This document shows positions 1-8,169 of a stretch of 52,477 nt of DNA, in pieces. How positions within the stretch are numbered: position 1 is the first letter of the stretch; each line of letters starts with the position of its first letter. The position numbers and the translations under genes are program-made. The notes under the pieces were generated by a model. The model did not search any database and was not told the DNA's origin. It saw nothing but the letters and a program-made list of their open reading frames with translations. This DNA is from Acutalibacteraceae bacterium. Its GTDB lineage: Bacteria > Bacillota > Clostridia > Oscillospirales > Acutalibacteraceae. The stretch covers positions 1 through 52,477 of the forward strand of contig JAZSJA010000002.1 in assembly GCA_045534095.1 (NCBI GenBank). The letters are read 5' to 3'.

Positions 1-88
1 TGCTGATTGTGTTTTGATTAGTATTTAAATCCATTGCCATTTTAATTTGAGAAATACCTTTTGCTTTTCTAAGTTCACGTATTTTCAT
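1..88 (-). CDS. XRE-family helix-turn-helix transcriptional regulator (5' part only; the gene runs off the left edge)
   Basis: The reverse complement of 1-88 reads MKIRELRKAKGISQIKMAMDLNTNQNTIS, a canonical HTH_3/XRE N-terminus. An AAGGGGTG Shine-Dalgarno (complement of 94-101) lies 5 nt upstream of the ATG. It is absent from the ORF track because the window edge truncates it. Confidence 0.75.
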   Translation of the reverse strand, partial: MKIRELRKAKGISQIKMAMDLNTNQNTIS

Positions 89-99
89 AAAAACACCCC

Positions 100-128
100 T
101 TGACATTATTATCCCACAATGGTATAAT
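100..128 (+). promoter_or_regulatory. Sigma-A type promoter for the 171-1796 gene string
   Basis: TTGACA (100-105), an exact 17-nt spacer, then TATAAT (123-128). It lies about 45 nt upstream of the ATG at 171. Confidence 0.6.
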
Positions 129-130
129 AA

Positions 131-153
131 AAATATCCCAAATTGGGATATTT
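131..153. promoter_or_regulatory. Perfect 23-bp palindrome (putative operator, probably for the divergent XRE regulator)
   Basis: AAATATCCCAA-A-TTGGGATATTT has 11-bp perfect arms around a single central base. It starts 3 nt after the -10 box, in the divergent XRE/lipoprotein intergenic region. Confidence 0.55.
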
Positions 154-170
154 AAAAGGAGGTTAAAAAA

Positions 171-578
171 ATGAAAAAATTAGTTAGTTTAGTAGTAGTT
201 TTTGTTTTAGCACTTAGCTGCTTTGTTGGTTGTGAAAGTAGCGAAATAAGTAATGAAATAAGCAGTGAAATAAGTAGTAAAATAAATTTTAAAGATGGGC
301 CTACTCTTAGAGAAGTGGAAAGTGATGTTGCGTCGTACATAAGGGGTAGAGGCTACTCGACGCTATCAACAGAATTTGAATTTACAGACGTTGAGTATGA
401 TAATACAACAGATACATGTATTGTTTCTGTTTCTTCTACTGTTTATGAGTTAAGAGATAGCAGTAGGACACAAAGAGCAGGTTTTAGGTTGACTTATAAG
501 CGATCTACTGATGGAACTTGGGAACAACAAGGAGAGTATCCTCAAATTACATCGGGCTTTTTCCCTGACATAAGATGA
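171..578 (+). CDS. Small putative lipoprotein, function unknown
   Basis: AAGGAGG RBS at 157-163. The signal peptide ends in a lipobox-like SCFVGC followed by a short SEIS repeat linker. No recognisable family. Confidence 0.7.
   Translation: MKKLVSLVVVFVLALSCFVGCESSEISNEISSEISSKINFKDGPTLREVESDVASYIRGRGYSTLSTEFEFTDVEYDNTTDTCIVSVSSTVYELRDSSRTQRAGFRLTYKRSTDGTWEQQGEYPQITSGFFPDIR
240..287 (+). repeat. In-frame 12-nt tandem repeat x4 (SEIS/NEIS/SEIS/SKIN)
   Basis: agcgaaataagt / aatgaaataagc / agtgaaataagt / agtaaaataaat, read directly from the sequence. It encodes the linker just after the lipobox cysteine. Confidence 0.8.
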
Positions 579-619
579 TTTGAGTATATTTAAGCGTATG
601 TTTAAAGGAGAAAATAAAT

Positions 620-1066
620 ATGTTAAAGACTAAAAAATCAAAAATTATTGTTGGGATAATTTCTTTGTTTTTTGTGATTTTTGTTTTTGGTATTGTTTGG
701 TTTTTCACAGCCTCAGAGTATGCTCATTTTAAAACGGTATCAGAAGAAGCACTAGATATTGCCGGTAATATAGGAACAGGGGATTATTATTTCACGCTAG
801 ATACAAAGTTTTCTGAAGTTCCGTTTGAAGAAATGAGCGATTTTCAATATAGATTGCATTTGAAATCTGAAGAAAAAGCAATTAAAGCTATAAAATACAC
901 TAATTTAAAATTGGGATTTGATGATTCTCTTTATAGTCGTATGTTAGAAACGACGGCTAATATGGGGGAGCAATACGAAGAAAATGATAAATATATCGTT
1001 TCTTGGAGTTTTGCTAAAGACGATGGTTTAGAAGTTAAATATAAAATTAAAAACATATTATTTTAA
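620..1066 (+). CDS. Membrane-anchored hypothetical protein (single N-terminal TM segment)
   Basis: AAAGGAG RBS upstream. The N-terminus KSKIIVGIISLFFVIFVFGIVWFF is a signal anchor. No recognisable family. Confidence 0.65.
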   Translation: MLKTKKSKIIVGIISLFFVIFVFGIVWFFTASEYAHFKTVSEEALDIAGNIGTGDYYFTLDTKFSEVPFEEMSDFQYRLHLKSEEKAIKAIKYTNLKLGFDDSLYSRMLETTANMGEQYEENDKYIVSWSFAKDDGLEVKYKIKNILF

Positions 1067-1076
1067 GAGGTAAAAA

Positions 1077-1574
1077 ATGAATAAAAGGTTGATTTTAAAA
1101 AGTTTAGTATTTTTATTGGTTTTTAGTGTTCTTTTAACTTTGATAGGTTGTAATAAAAAAAGCAACGACGAAAAAAGTAGTAATGAAAAAACAATTACAT
1201 ATACGAAATATACTGAAAGAGGCATTAGCTATGAAGTACCTCGTGAAATGTTCGAAGCAGAAGGCAATAATGCTATTTTTGAAATGACTGTTAACGAGAG
1301 TATGACAGATGACATTCATGATTATTTCTTTGAAACGTATATACTTGAAATGTATTCATCAATGAATTTGCGTAAGGTGGATGTAGTAAATTCAGGTAAT
1401 GGCAAACATGAAATTTATGTATATGAGGGAAATGGAAATTTGGTTGATGGAATGCATCAAGTCAATATTGCGGGTATTGGTTATAATGATGCTATTTATG
1501 TGTATATTTTTATATGGGATGATTTTTATACAAGTGATGAGATTTTCCCGCATTTTCTTAATTCAATAGAATAA
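1077..1574 (+). CDS. Putative lipoprotein, function unknown
   Basis: GAGG RBS at 1067-1070. The signal peptide has the lipobox LTLIGC followed by a K/S/N-rich linker. Confidence 0.7.
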   Translation: MNKRLILKSLVFLLVFSVLLTLIGCNKKSNDEKSSNEKTITYTKYTERGISYEVPREMFEAEGNNAIFEMTVNESMTDDIHDYFFETYILEMYSSMNLRKVDVVNSGNGKHEIYVYEGNGNLVDGMHQVNIAGIGYNDAIYVYIFIWDDFYTSDEIFPHFLNSIE

Positions 1575-1598
1575 ACTATTTGAAATGAGGTCTTGAAT

Positions 1599-1796
1599 AT
1601 GAAAAATATTTTATTCTTTATAATATTTATGTTTTTATGTGCTATTTTAATCTGTGGTTGCGACTCTGAATCTGAACTCGAAAGAGCAAAAAAAGACGAG
1701 AAAGTAGCTCAAGAACGCTATGAAGATGCAGTTGATGATTATTATGATTTGATAAAAGATAAAGCGACATACGATTATTATCAGCAACAGTTTTAG
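1599..1796 (+). CDS. Small putative lipoprotein (65 aa), function unknown
   Basis: The ATG at 1599 lies 8 nt after GAGG (1587-1590). The TTG at 1593 in the ORF track is less well spaced. The signal peptide ends in ILICGC and the mature part is acidic and helical. Confidence 0.55.
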   Translation: MKNILFFIIFMFLCAILICGCDSESELERAKKDEKVAQERYEDAVDDYYDLIKDKATYDYYQQQF

Positions 1797-1826
1797 CATT
1801 GGATTATAAACGTTAATTTTCAAAAT

Positions 1827-1866
1827 AGTCGAAGTGTGTTTTTAGTGCATACTTCGGCTATTTTTC
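1827..1866 (+). terminator. Rho-independent terminator ending the lipoprotein gene string
   Basis: A 12-bp stem, AGTCGAAGTGTG / CATACTTCGGCT (two G-U pairs), is followed by ATTTTTCTC. Confidence 0.7.
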
Positions 1867-1868
1867 TC

Positions 1869-1897
1869 TTGACATAATATTCCGTTTTGTGTATAAT
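1869..1897 (+). promoter_or_regulatory. Sigma-A type promoter of the marR-family gene
   Basis: TTGACA (1869-1874), a 17-nt spacer, then TATAAT (1892-1897). Confidence 0.6.
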
Positions 1898-1901
1898 AAT
1901 T

Positions 1902-1919
1902 TTGTTGAAATATCAACAA
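1902..1919. promoter_or_regulatory. Inverted repeat TTGTTGA-AATA-TCAACAA (candidate MarR autoregulatory operator)
   Basis: A 7-bp perfect inverted repeat lies between the -10 box and the RBS of the MarR gene. MarR proteins typically bind such palindromes in their own promoters. Confidence 0.45.
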
Positions 1920-1935
1920 CGAATGGAGATAATTT

Positions 1936-2388
1936 ATGGTAAACAGATTTGAAAGATTTTCCTTTGCAATTTCCGAGATACATCGTTTTTGGCATAAAAT
2001 CGCATCAGATGAAATGACAAAACTCGGTCTTAAAGGGCCTCACATAGTTTATTTGGTTGCACTTAAAAGATTTCCCAAAGGCGTAACTGCTGCTGAGCTT
2101 TCTGAAATGTGCGGCAGAGATAAATCGGACGTATCTCGTGCCATTGCGGCTATGCAGGAAAAAGGTTTGGTTGCAAAGCAGGGTGTTAATCAGAATTTAT
2201 ATCGTGCCAAGCTCACTCTTACCGCTGAGGGTAAAAAAGCGGCTGCCCATATAAGCGAAAGGGCAGGTCTGGCAGTTGAAATGGGTGGCAAAGGTCTTTC
2301 GGATGAGGATAGAGAGAATTTTTACAACGCTCTTGAGCTTATAGCCGTTAATCTTGGTAATATAAGCAAAGATGGTTTGCCGGAATAA
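1936..2388 (+). CDS. MarR-family transcriptional regulator
   Basis: 150 aa with a winged-HTH core (GVTAAELSEMCGRDKSDVSRAIAAMQEKGLV) of typical MarR length and layout. Confidence 0.85.
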   Translation: MVNRFERFSFAISEIHRFWHKIASDEMTKLGLKGPHIVYLVALKRFPKGVTAAELSEMCGRDKSDVSRAIAAMQEKGLVAKQGVNQNLYRAKLTLTAEGKKAAAHISERAGLAVEMGGKGLSDEDRENFYNALELIAVNLGNISKDGLPE

Positions 2389-2430
2389 TATTTAAAATAA
2401 ATTAAATGGGCTGTAAAAAACGTCCCAAAT

Positions 2431-2480
2431 AAAAAAGACTACAAACTTATCCAAAAAGGATAGGAATGTAGTCTTTTTTT
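2431..2480. terminator. Bidirectional rho-independent terminator (marR on + and the pqqD-like/OPT block on -)
   Basis: AAAAAAGACTACA...TGTAGTCTTTTTTT with an inner AACTTATCC/GGATAGGAA helix. A and T runs on both sides, between convergent genes. Confidence 0.7.
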
Positions 2481-2536
2481 GCGATATGATGTAGTCGATG
2501 AAAAACAAAATAATCTACAATTTACCGTTTAGAGTT

Positions 2537-2896
2537 TTAATGCTCAACCCACTCAATAAAATGGTAACTATCCATTATTTGGAAATACTTTGCAAGCCGT
2601 TCGTAAAGTGGATGTGCTTCACTTCCAAACTTGTTATTCACAAGGTTGCCAATGGCAGTTATATCTCGTTTACCATCTATTAAAGGCCATATAAAGCTGC
2701 CGAATTTATCCAAATGTATTTGGCTTACTTTAGGCTTTTTAAAAATCAGTTGAGCAAACTTGTTGGCAAATCCGGTATTTTTGATTTTTAGAGTTACAAT
2801 GCCTTTTGTACTCTCGCTCCATTTTATCTCTTTTGTATGGGTGGGAATTTTGTTTAAATAATTTTTTGTTATAATGTTTTTGCCATTTTCTTTCAT
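2537..2896 (-). CDS. PqqD-family (RRE-like peptide-binding fold) small protein
   Basis: The C-terminal half (FIWPLIDGKRDITAIGNLVNNKFGSEAHPLYERLAKYFQIMDSYHFIEW) matches the PqqD-family pattern. I moved the start to the ATG at 2896, which lies 7 nt after a GGAGG and 2 nt after the OPT stop codon. The 2971 start in the ORF track would overlap OPT by 73 nt. Confidence 0.65.
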   Translation of the reverse strand: MKENGKNIITKNYLNKIPTHTKEIKWSESTKGIVTLKIKNTGFANKFAQLIFKKPKVSQIHLDKFGSFIWPLIDGKRDITAIGNLVNNKFGSEAHPLYERLAKYFQIMDSYHFIEWVEH

Positions 2897-2898
2897 AA

Positions 2899-4839
2899 TT
2901 ATTGGGATTTCCTCCTTCTTGACTGTGTAGAGGAGATTTTTTTGTTCCAAATTGTAAATTTCAATAGGCATAAAATCATTAGTCCAAATACCACTATGCT
3001 ACTGATTTCGCCCGCCCAAAGAGGAAGGCTCAAACGCTTTGAAACATCTAAAGTATCGCTTGCTCCGACAATTGCAATTACGGCAAGAATTACACCAATA
3101 AGACCCTCACCGGCAATCATACCCGAGCAGTATAAAATCCCCTTTGAGACGATTTTATCTTTTCTTTTAGTATCTTTAATCCTTTCAAAGAAAAGCCGTA
3201 TAAGTCCACCAATCATAATGCAGGCACTTAGTTGTACAGGCAGATAAATGCCAATGGCAACCGGAAGCACCGGTATGCGTAGAATTTCTACAATAATTGC
3301 AATAAATATACCAATTAAAATAAGCCCCCAAGGGAGATTCCCACCCATAATTCCTTCAACAACCATCTTCATAAGGGTTGCTTGAGGTGCACCGATTTCG
3401 TTAGAGCCAAAGCCCCAAGCGGCATCCAAAAGATAAAGGGTGGCACCAATAGCAAGAGAGGCGGAAATAACACCGATAATTTCGCCGTATTGTTGCTTTT
3501 TGGGGGTTGCACCTAAAAGGTATCCTGTTTTAAGGTCTTGGGAGGTGTCACCTGCAATAGCCGCAACAATACAAATTATAGAGCCTATTGCAATAGCCGC
3601 TTGCATACCGCTCGCCCCAACCTGACCGCAAAGCTTTAAAATCAAGGTTGCCATAAGAAGGGTCGCAATAGCCATACCCGAAATGGGATTGTTAGAGCTT
3701 CCCACAAGTCCCACCATACGGGAGGAAACAGTGGCAAAGAAAAATCCGAAAATCACAACAATAACGGCACCTATAAGGGATACGGGAATTGCGGGTACAA
3801 GCCATACCAAAAGCGTTAAAACGAGAATTGCTATAAGCACAGCCTTCATATTTATATCCTGTGAGGTGCGTTTTTTACTATTATCACCTTTAAGGTTAAA
3901 GCCTTTCATAGAATCGTTAAAGGTACGAACAATTAAGGGTAAAGATTTAAAAAGGCTTATAATTCCCCCTGCCGCAAGAGCTCCGGCACCAATGTAACGT
4001 ATATAGGTGCCCCATATTCCGACGGCACCACTTGTGGCATAAATTTCGCCAATTGCTTCGCTGCCGGGATAAAGGGTAAGGGTATTGCCGAAAATAACAA
4101 TAGTTGGAATAATAACAAGCCAGCTTAGCAGCCCGCCAGAAAACATATAAGATGCAATTTTAGGTCCGCAAATGTAGCCTACGCTCATAACAGCGGGATA
4201 AATTTGCGTGCCGACCGCACCGGGATAATTCTTCAAGGAACCCTCTAAATTAACCTCAGATGGAACTATTTTAAGTCCGTCGATTATAAATTTAAAAAAG
4301 GCGGCAAACCCCATACCTGCAAATACAGTAGATGCAGTAGTGTCGCCACCTTCACCGGCCAGCATAACCTCTGCACAGGCCTTGCCCTCAGGGTAGGGAA
4401 GTACCCCGTGTTCTCTGACTATTAGTGCATTCCTAAGAGGAATCATAAAGAAAACTCCAAGCAATCCTCCGAGGAGAGCGATTATGCTTATTGTTAAAAT
4501 GTCAGGCTTTTCCATAACCCCGCTTTTTGCCCAAAGAAAAAGGGCGGGCAAGGTGAATATAGCACCTGCCGCAACCGATTCACCTGCCGAGCCTATAGTT
4601 TGCACAAGGTTACTTTCAAGCACCGAGTTTTTGCGTAAAATAATCCGTATAACACCCATTCCTATAACTGCAGCCGGGATTGAAGCGGAAATCGTCATAC
4701 CTACTCTAAGTCCCAAATAAGCGTTAGCGGCACCAAAAATTACTGCCAAAAGAACCCCAACAATAATTGAGGTTAGGGTAAGCTCCGGCGTGATTTTTTC
4801 TGCAGGAACGTAGGGCTTAAAATCATTTTGTTTTTCCAT
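2899..4839 (-). CDS. OPT-family oligopeptide transporter
   Basis: A 646-aa polytopic membrane protein. The N-terminus (PYVPAEKITPELTLTSIIVGVLLAVIFGAANAYLGLRVGMT) and overall layout are typical of bacterial OPT (TC 2.A.67) proteins. Confidence 0.88.
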   Translation of the reverse strand: MEKQNDFKPYVPAEKITPELTLTSIIVGVLLAVIFGAANAYLGLRVGMTISASIPAAVIGMGVIRIILRKNSVLESNLVQTIGSAGESVAAGAIFTLPALFLWAKSGVMEKPDILTISIIALLGGLLGVFFMIPLRNALIVREHGVLPYPEGKACAEVMLAGEGGDTTASTVFAGMGFAAFFKFIIDGLKIVPSEVNLEGSLKNYPGAVGTQIYPAVMSVGYICGPKIASYMFSGGLLSWLVIIPTIVIFGNTLTLYPGSEAIGEIYATSGAVGIWGTYIRYIGAGALAAGGIISLFKSLPLIVRTFNDSMKGFNLKGDNSKKRTSQDINMKAVLIAILVLTLLVWLVPAIPVSLIGAVIVVIFGFFFATVSSRMVGLVGSSNNPISGMAIATLLMATLILKLCGQVGASGMQAAIAIGSIICIVAAIAGDTSQDLKTGYLLGATPKKQQYGEIIGVISASLAIGATLYLLDAAWGFGSNEIGAPQATLMKMVVEGIMGGNLPWGLILIGIFIAIIVEILRIPVLPVAIGIYLPVQLSACIMIGGLIRLFFERIKDTKRKDKIVSKGILYCSGMIAGEGLIGVILAVIAIVGASDTLDVSKRLSLPLWAGEISSIVVFGLMILCLLKFTIWNKKISSTQSRRRKSQ

Positions 4840-4892
4840 ACTAAAATCCTTTCGTTTAAAAAGAAAAACATAAGATTTTAGCGAAAAACAAC

Positions 4893-6167
4893 CTAGTTTG
4901 CGTTTTGGTTTATTGTTTCTTCGCTAATCTTTGAAAAAATGAATTTTTGCCCTGAATAAAGACCGGTATAACCCGAAATAGCAAAGCTTATTATTGCACT
5001 CAATGCCAAATAAATAATGGCTTTTCCGCTGAATATTTCCATACAAATAAAGATGGTGGCAATGGGACAGTTGGTAACTCCGCAAAACATTGCAGCAATA
5101 CCCAAAGCGGCGGCAAAGGCAGGATCTAAGCCCAGCAAAAGACCCATACTTGCTCCAAAGGTTGCACCAATAAACAAGGTTGGCACTATTTCTCCGCCTT
5201 TAAAACCAACTCCGATTGTAATAGCGGTAAATATTATTTTTAAAATAAACGCTTCATAACGTACGTTGCCGGTATGAAAAATTTTTTCTATTATTTCCAT
5301 TCCGCCGCCATTATAGTCGGTAGTTCCCAAAATAAGAGTCAGCAACACTATCAAGATACCACCGATAAAAATTCTCAAAAATTCATTTTTAAAATATTTT
5401 TTGAAGAATTTATGTGAAATATGCATTGTCTTGCAAAAAAATATACTAACAATGGCTGCCGATACGGAGATTATTGCAACCTTATAAGAAATTTCAAAAT
5501 TAAAATCGGGAACTGTTTTTAAAGCAAATCTTTCGGGATGAAGATTAAATAAGTGTGACACGTAAAAAGCGGAGTAAGATGATATTATTCCGGGCAGTAG
5601 TGCGGCAGAACAAAATTCCCCAACGCTTACTACCTCAATGGCGAAAACAAAAGCACCCAAAGGAGTGCCGAAAACAGCTGAAAAAACAGCACCCATTCCG
5701 CACATTGTTAATATGTGAGCGGATTTATTATCTAGTTTTAAAATTTTTCCTACAAAAGATGAAACGCTACCTCCAAGTTGAAGTGCGGCGCCTTCGCGTC
5801 CGGATGAACCACCACAAAGGTGGGTGATTACCGAGCCTATAAATATGGCGGGTGCAAGCAAAATCCTAATTCTTTTTTCTCCTCTGACGTTTTTAAAAAC
5901 TTCATTGGTTCCCAAATTTGTTACACGGCAAAGCTTATAAATTAAAACTATGATAATACCGCCAAGAGGAAGGAAGTATAAAATCCAATTATTAGCTTTT
6001 CTAAGTTCTGTCACAAAGCTGATTGATTTGGCAAAGCTTACACCTAAAAGACCGCAAACTCCACCAATTAAAGTTCCTAAAAATAACCATTTAAAAATAT
6101 TTAAATAGTAGCTTTGGGTTTTTGTTATTTTTTTAAAAATGTTTTCGTTACAGTTCAATAGAAACAA
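4893..6167 (-). CDS. ClC-family anion channel/antiporter (motifs resemble the CLC-F fluoride/H+ antiporter subclass)
   Basis: 424 aa with about 10 or more TM helices. It has GSSGREGAALQLGG (the gating-glutamate motif, without the Pro of canonical GKEGP) and GGEIVP in place of the canonical GxFxP. Confidence 0.8.
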   Translation of the reverse strand: MFLLNCNENIFKKITKTQSYYLNIFKWLFLGTLIGGVCGLLGVSFAKSISFVTELRKANNWILYFLPLGGIIIVLIYKLCRVTNLGTNEVFKNVRGEKRIRILLAPAIFIGSVITHLCGGSSGREGAALQLGGSVSSFVGKILKLDNKSAHILTMCGMGAVFSAVFGTPLGAFVFAIEVVSVGEFCSAALLPGIISSYSAFYVSHLFNLHPERFALKTVPDFNFEISYKVAIISVSAAIVSIFFCKTMHISHKFFKKYFKNEFLRIFIGGILIVLLTLILGTTDYNGGGMEIIEKIFHTGNVRYEAFILKIIFTAITIGVGFKGGEIVPTLFIGATFGASMGLLLGLDPAFAAALGIAAMFCGVTNCPIATIFICMEIFSGKAIIYLALSAIISFAISGYTGLYSGQKFIFSKISEETINQNAN

Positions 6168-6180
6168 CCTCTTATAAATA

Positions 6181-6741
6181 TCACTCTATCCAACCAAAGA
6201 ATTTGAAATTTTCGCCGTATTCAATTTCTTCTATATCACAATAATCAATTTGCCATTTACCTGTAAATCGGCGGATAACTCCACCGTGACTTACAACAAT
6301 TATTTTTTTATATCCTAAAGTATAATATTTGTCAATTACAGGTTTTATTCGGCTTATAATCTCGGTTAGAGATTCCCATTTTTTTGTTTCGCCTTTTGGG
6401 ACCTCGCCCGAACACTTAATAAAATCTAAATTCAAGGCCTTGGCTTCTTCGGTACCCTTTACCATAAAGGTTTTATCGAAAATTTGCTCGTGCAAATCGG
6501 TTTCCACAGCGAGTTCAAGCCCTGTGCTTTTGGAGATAACCGCCGCCGTTTGAAGAGCCCTTGTGTATGGCGAGGAAACAATAAGCTGGGCTCCCTCTAA
6601 AATAGGATTTTTTGAAACCGATTCAGCTTGGTCGATTCCGTTAGGCGTAAGTGGAGCAAACTCTCTGCCCAAGCCTATAAAGTTTTTGGAGTCAACTATA
6701 TTAAAATCGGGTTCGCCGTGACGAATAAAAACAATTTTCAT
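6181..6741 (-). CDS. Histidine phosphatase (phosphoglycerate-mutase superfamily) protein
   Basis: It has an N-terminal RHGE motif (FIRHGEPD) and a C-terminal SHGG (VVSHGGVIR). Length is 186 aa. Confidence 0.85.
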   Translation of the reverse strand: MKIVFIRHGEPDFNIVDSKNFIGLGREFAPLTPNGIDQAESVSKNPILEGAQLIVSSPYTRALQTAAVISKSTGLELAVETDLHEQIFDKTFMVKGTEEAKALNLDFIKCSGEVPKGETKKWESLTEIISRIKPVIDKYYTLGYKKIIVVSHGGVIRRFTGKWQIDYCDIEEIEYGENFKFFGWIE

Positions 6742-6745
6742 AGTA

Positions 6746-8029
6746 TTAGCTCTTTATAACAGATTTCTTTTCTTTTGTCTTTTCAAGATGTTTAAGGTAT
6801 AAAATTTCGGTTGCAAAGGCAAGCTTTGTAATAACGTTTTTCTTTGTGGGATAACAGTAAAAGGAATCCTTTTCGGTGGAAATATCTAAGCAGTCAAAGG
6901 GCTTGATATAGCAGTAATCATATTCTATATGCAAGCTGTTTGTTTCAAGTGGGGTTCGGTTTATTTCGTAATCCTCACCTCTATAATGACCTTCCAAAAC
7001 AAATCCCTTTTCGGGGTTATGGGTTAACCTTGCTTTGCCCAGAGGGATAAATCTCCAACAACGGGGTAGGGAGTAAACCTCAACCTCATCACTAAAGGAG
7101 TATTCACCATTTTCAATTTGTTTTTCAACCTGAGTGCGTTCCCATCTGAACCAATCGGGAATATGTGGAAATTCAGTTTCTCCGTTAAGTGCAGAAAGGG
7201 ATCCATCTTCATTAAAGTTCCAACGCTTGCCGCAGTGAGTACAGAAAATCTCGCTTCCTTTAGAATCCATTTTTGATTCGGTAAGGCAGTGAGGACATTG
7301 ATAAAGCACCTTGTGTAGCCCTTCGGCTCTGAAGGGTTCTTTTATAAGAATGCCATTTTCCTTTTGATAGCGATAATCATCGTAATCCAAAGCCTTTTTA
7401 ACTGCTTCGTTTATTTGGTCAACCGACATTGATTTTATTTCTTCGGCGGTTAAAATCTGCGTCATGGTAGTGTGGAGAGGCACCTTGCGTTTTTTTCTGA
7501 AATTCCAAAAGGGGGAATGGAGATGGTTTCCATGATGCACTACCGCCACAACGGGTACCTTGTTAAGCTTAATAAGTTTTCCAAGAGATTCAGGCATATA
7601 AGACGTTATACCGCAGGGAGAGTAACGAGCCTCGGGGTACATCGAAAGTATGTCACCCTTTTTAAATACTCGGTTAATAGATTTTATCAGGTGCATATCG
7701 CGGGTGTATTTTCTGGTGCAAATTCCACCTATAAGTGTTAAAAGCCAAGGACGACGATAGTAGCCGTCGATACTCACAACGTTGTTTACTCGGTGGGGTA
7801 GGGTACCCATAGCCGTAAGTTCAAAATCAATAAAATACATATGATTACTAAGCATCATATAGGGGGGCTTCAAACCCTCCATATTTATTTTTTCAACCTT
7901 GTACTTTTTGTTAAGGAGCATAATTTTTGAAAGCAACCATATAAGCCATACTATTACAATAGGTTGTCTTATGGGATATTTTGCGGTGTTATAAGTTTTT
8001 TTGTTTTTATAATTTACTTCCTTTTTCAT
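6746..8029 (-). CDS. PlsC-type acyltransferase with a C-terminal Cys4 zinc-ribbon-containing extension
   Basis: It has an N-terminal TM segment, an HX4D motif (NHMYFID), YPEARYS (block III-like), and CPHC...CTHCG about 240 aa in. Confidence 0.7.
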   Translation of the reverse strand: MKKEVNYKNKKTYNTAKYPIRQPIVIVWLIWLLSKIMLLNKKYKVEKINMEGLKPPYMMLSNHMYFIDFELTAMGTLPHRVNNVVSIDGYYRRPWLLTLIGGICTRKYTRDMHLIKSINRVFKKGDILSMYPEARYSPCGITSYMPESLGKLIKLNKVPVVAVVHHGNHLHSPFWNFRKKRKVPLHTTMTQILTAEEIKSMSVDQINEAVKKALDYDDYRYQKENGILIKEPFRAEGLHKVLYQCPHCLTESKMDSKGSEIFCTHCGKRWNFNEDGSLSALNGETEFPHIPDWFRWERTQVEKQIENGEYSFSDEVEVYSLPRCWRFIPLGKARLTHNPEKGFVLEGHYRGEDYEINRTPLETNSLHIEYDYCYIKPFDCLDISTEKDSFYCYPTKKNVITKLAFATEILYLKHLEKTKEKKSVIKS

Positions 8030-8111
8030 TAAAATATCACATCCTATTCATAAATTTTACACTATCCACCCCTAAAAAGCAAGATATTTAATTTTTCAAC
8101 AATTTTTTTCC

Positions 8112-8140
8112 TTGAAAGAATAATCCTACTTTGATATAAT
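8112..8140 (+). promoter_or_regulatory. Sigma-A type promoter of the alpha/beta-hydrolase gene
   Basis: TTGAAA (8112-8117), a 17-nt spacer, then TATAAT (8135-8140). This placement excludes the TTG start at 8140 proposed by the ORF track. Confidence 0.55.
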
Positions 8141-8169
8141 TGAATCATACTAATAAAGTAGGTGACAGT

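Noticed and set aside
2897-2971. Longer 144-aa version of the PqqD-like ORF starting at 2971
   Set aside because: It would overlap the OPT gene by 73 nt and has no RBS. The internal ATG at 2896 has a GGAGG at ideal spacing and abuts the OPT stop.
2942-4720. Several 60-104-aa plus-strand ORFs inside the OPT gene, and similar ORFs inside ClC, the ABC exporter (18795-19298), manA/trmL (20258-20717) and oadA (26646-27107)
   Set aside because: All are antisense shadows of long genes with clear family motifs. None has a convincing RBS or a family resemblance.
6168-8139. Fluoride (crcB-motif) riboswitch upstream of the CLC-F-like gene or of the whole block
   Set aside because: Only 13 nt separate ClC from the upstream gene. 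The 8030-8139 region shows no sequence resembling the conserved crcB-motif core by eye. A covariance search is still needed to be certain.
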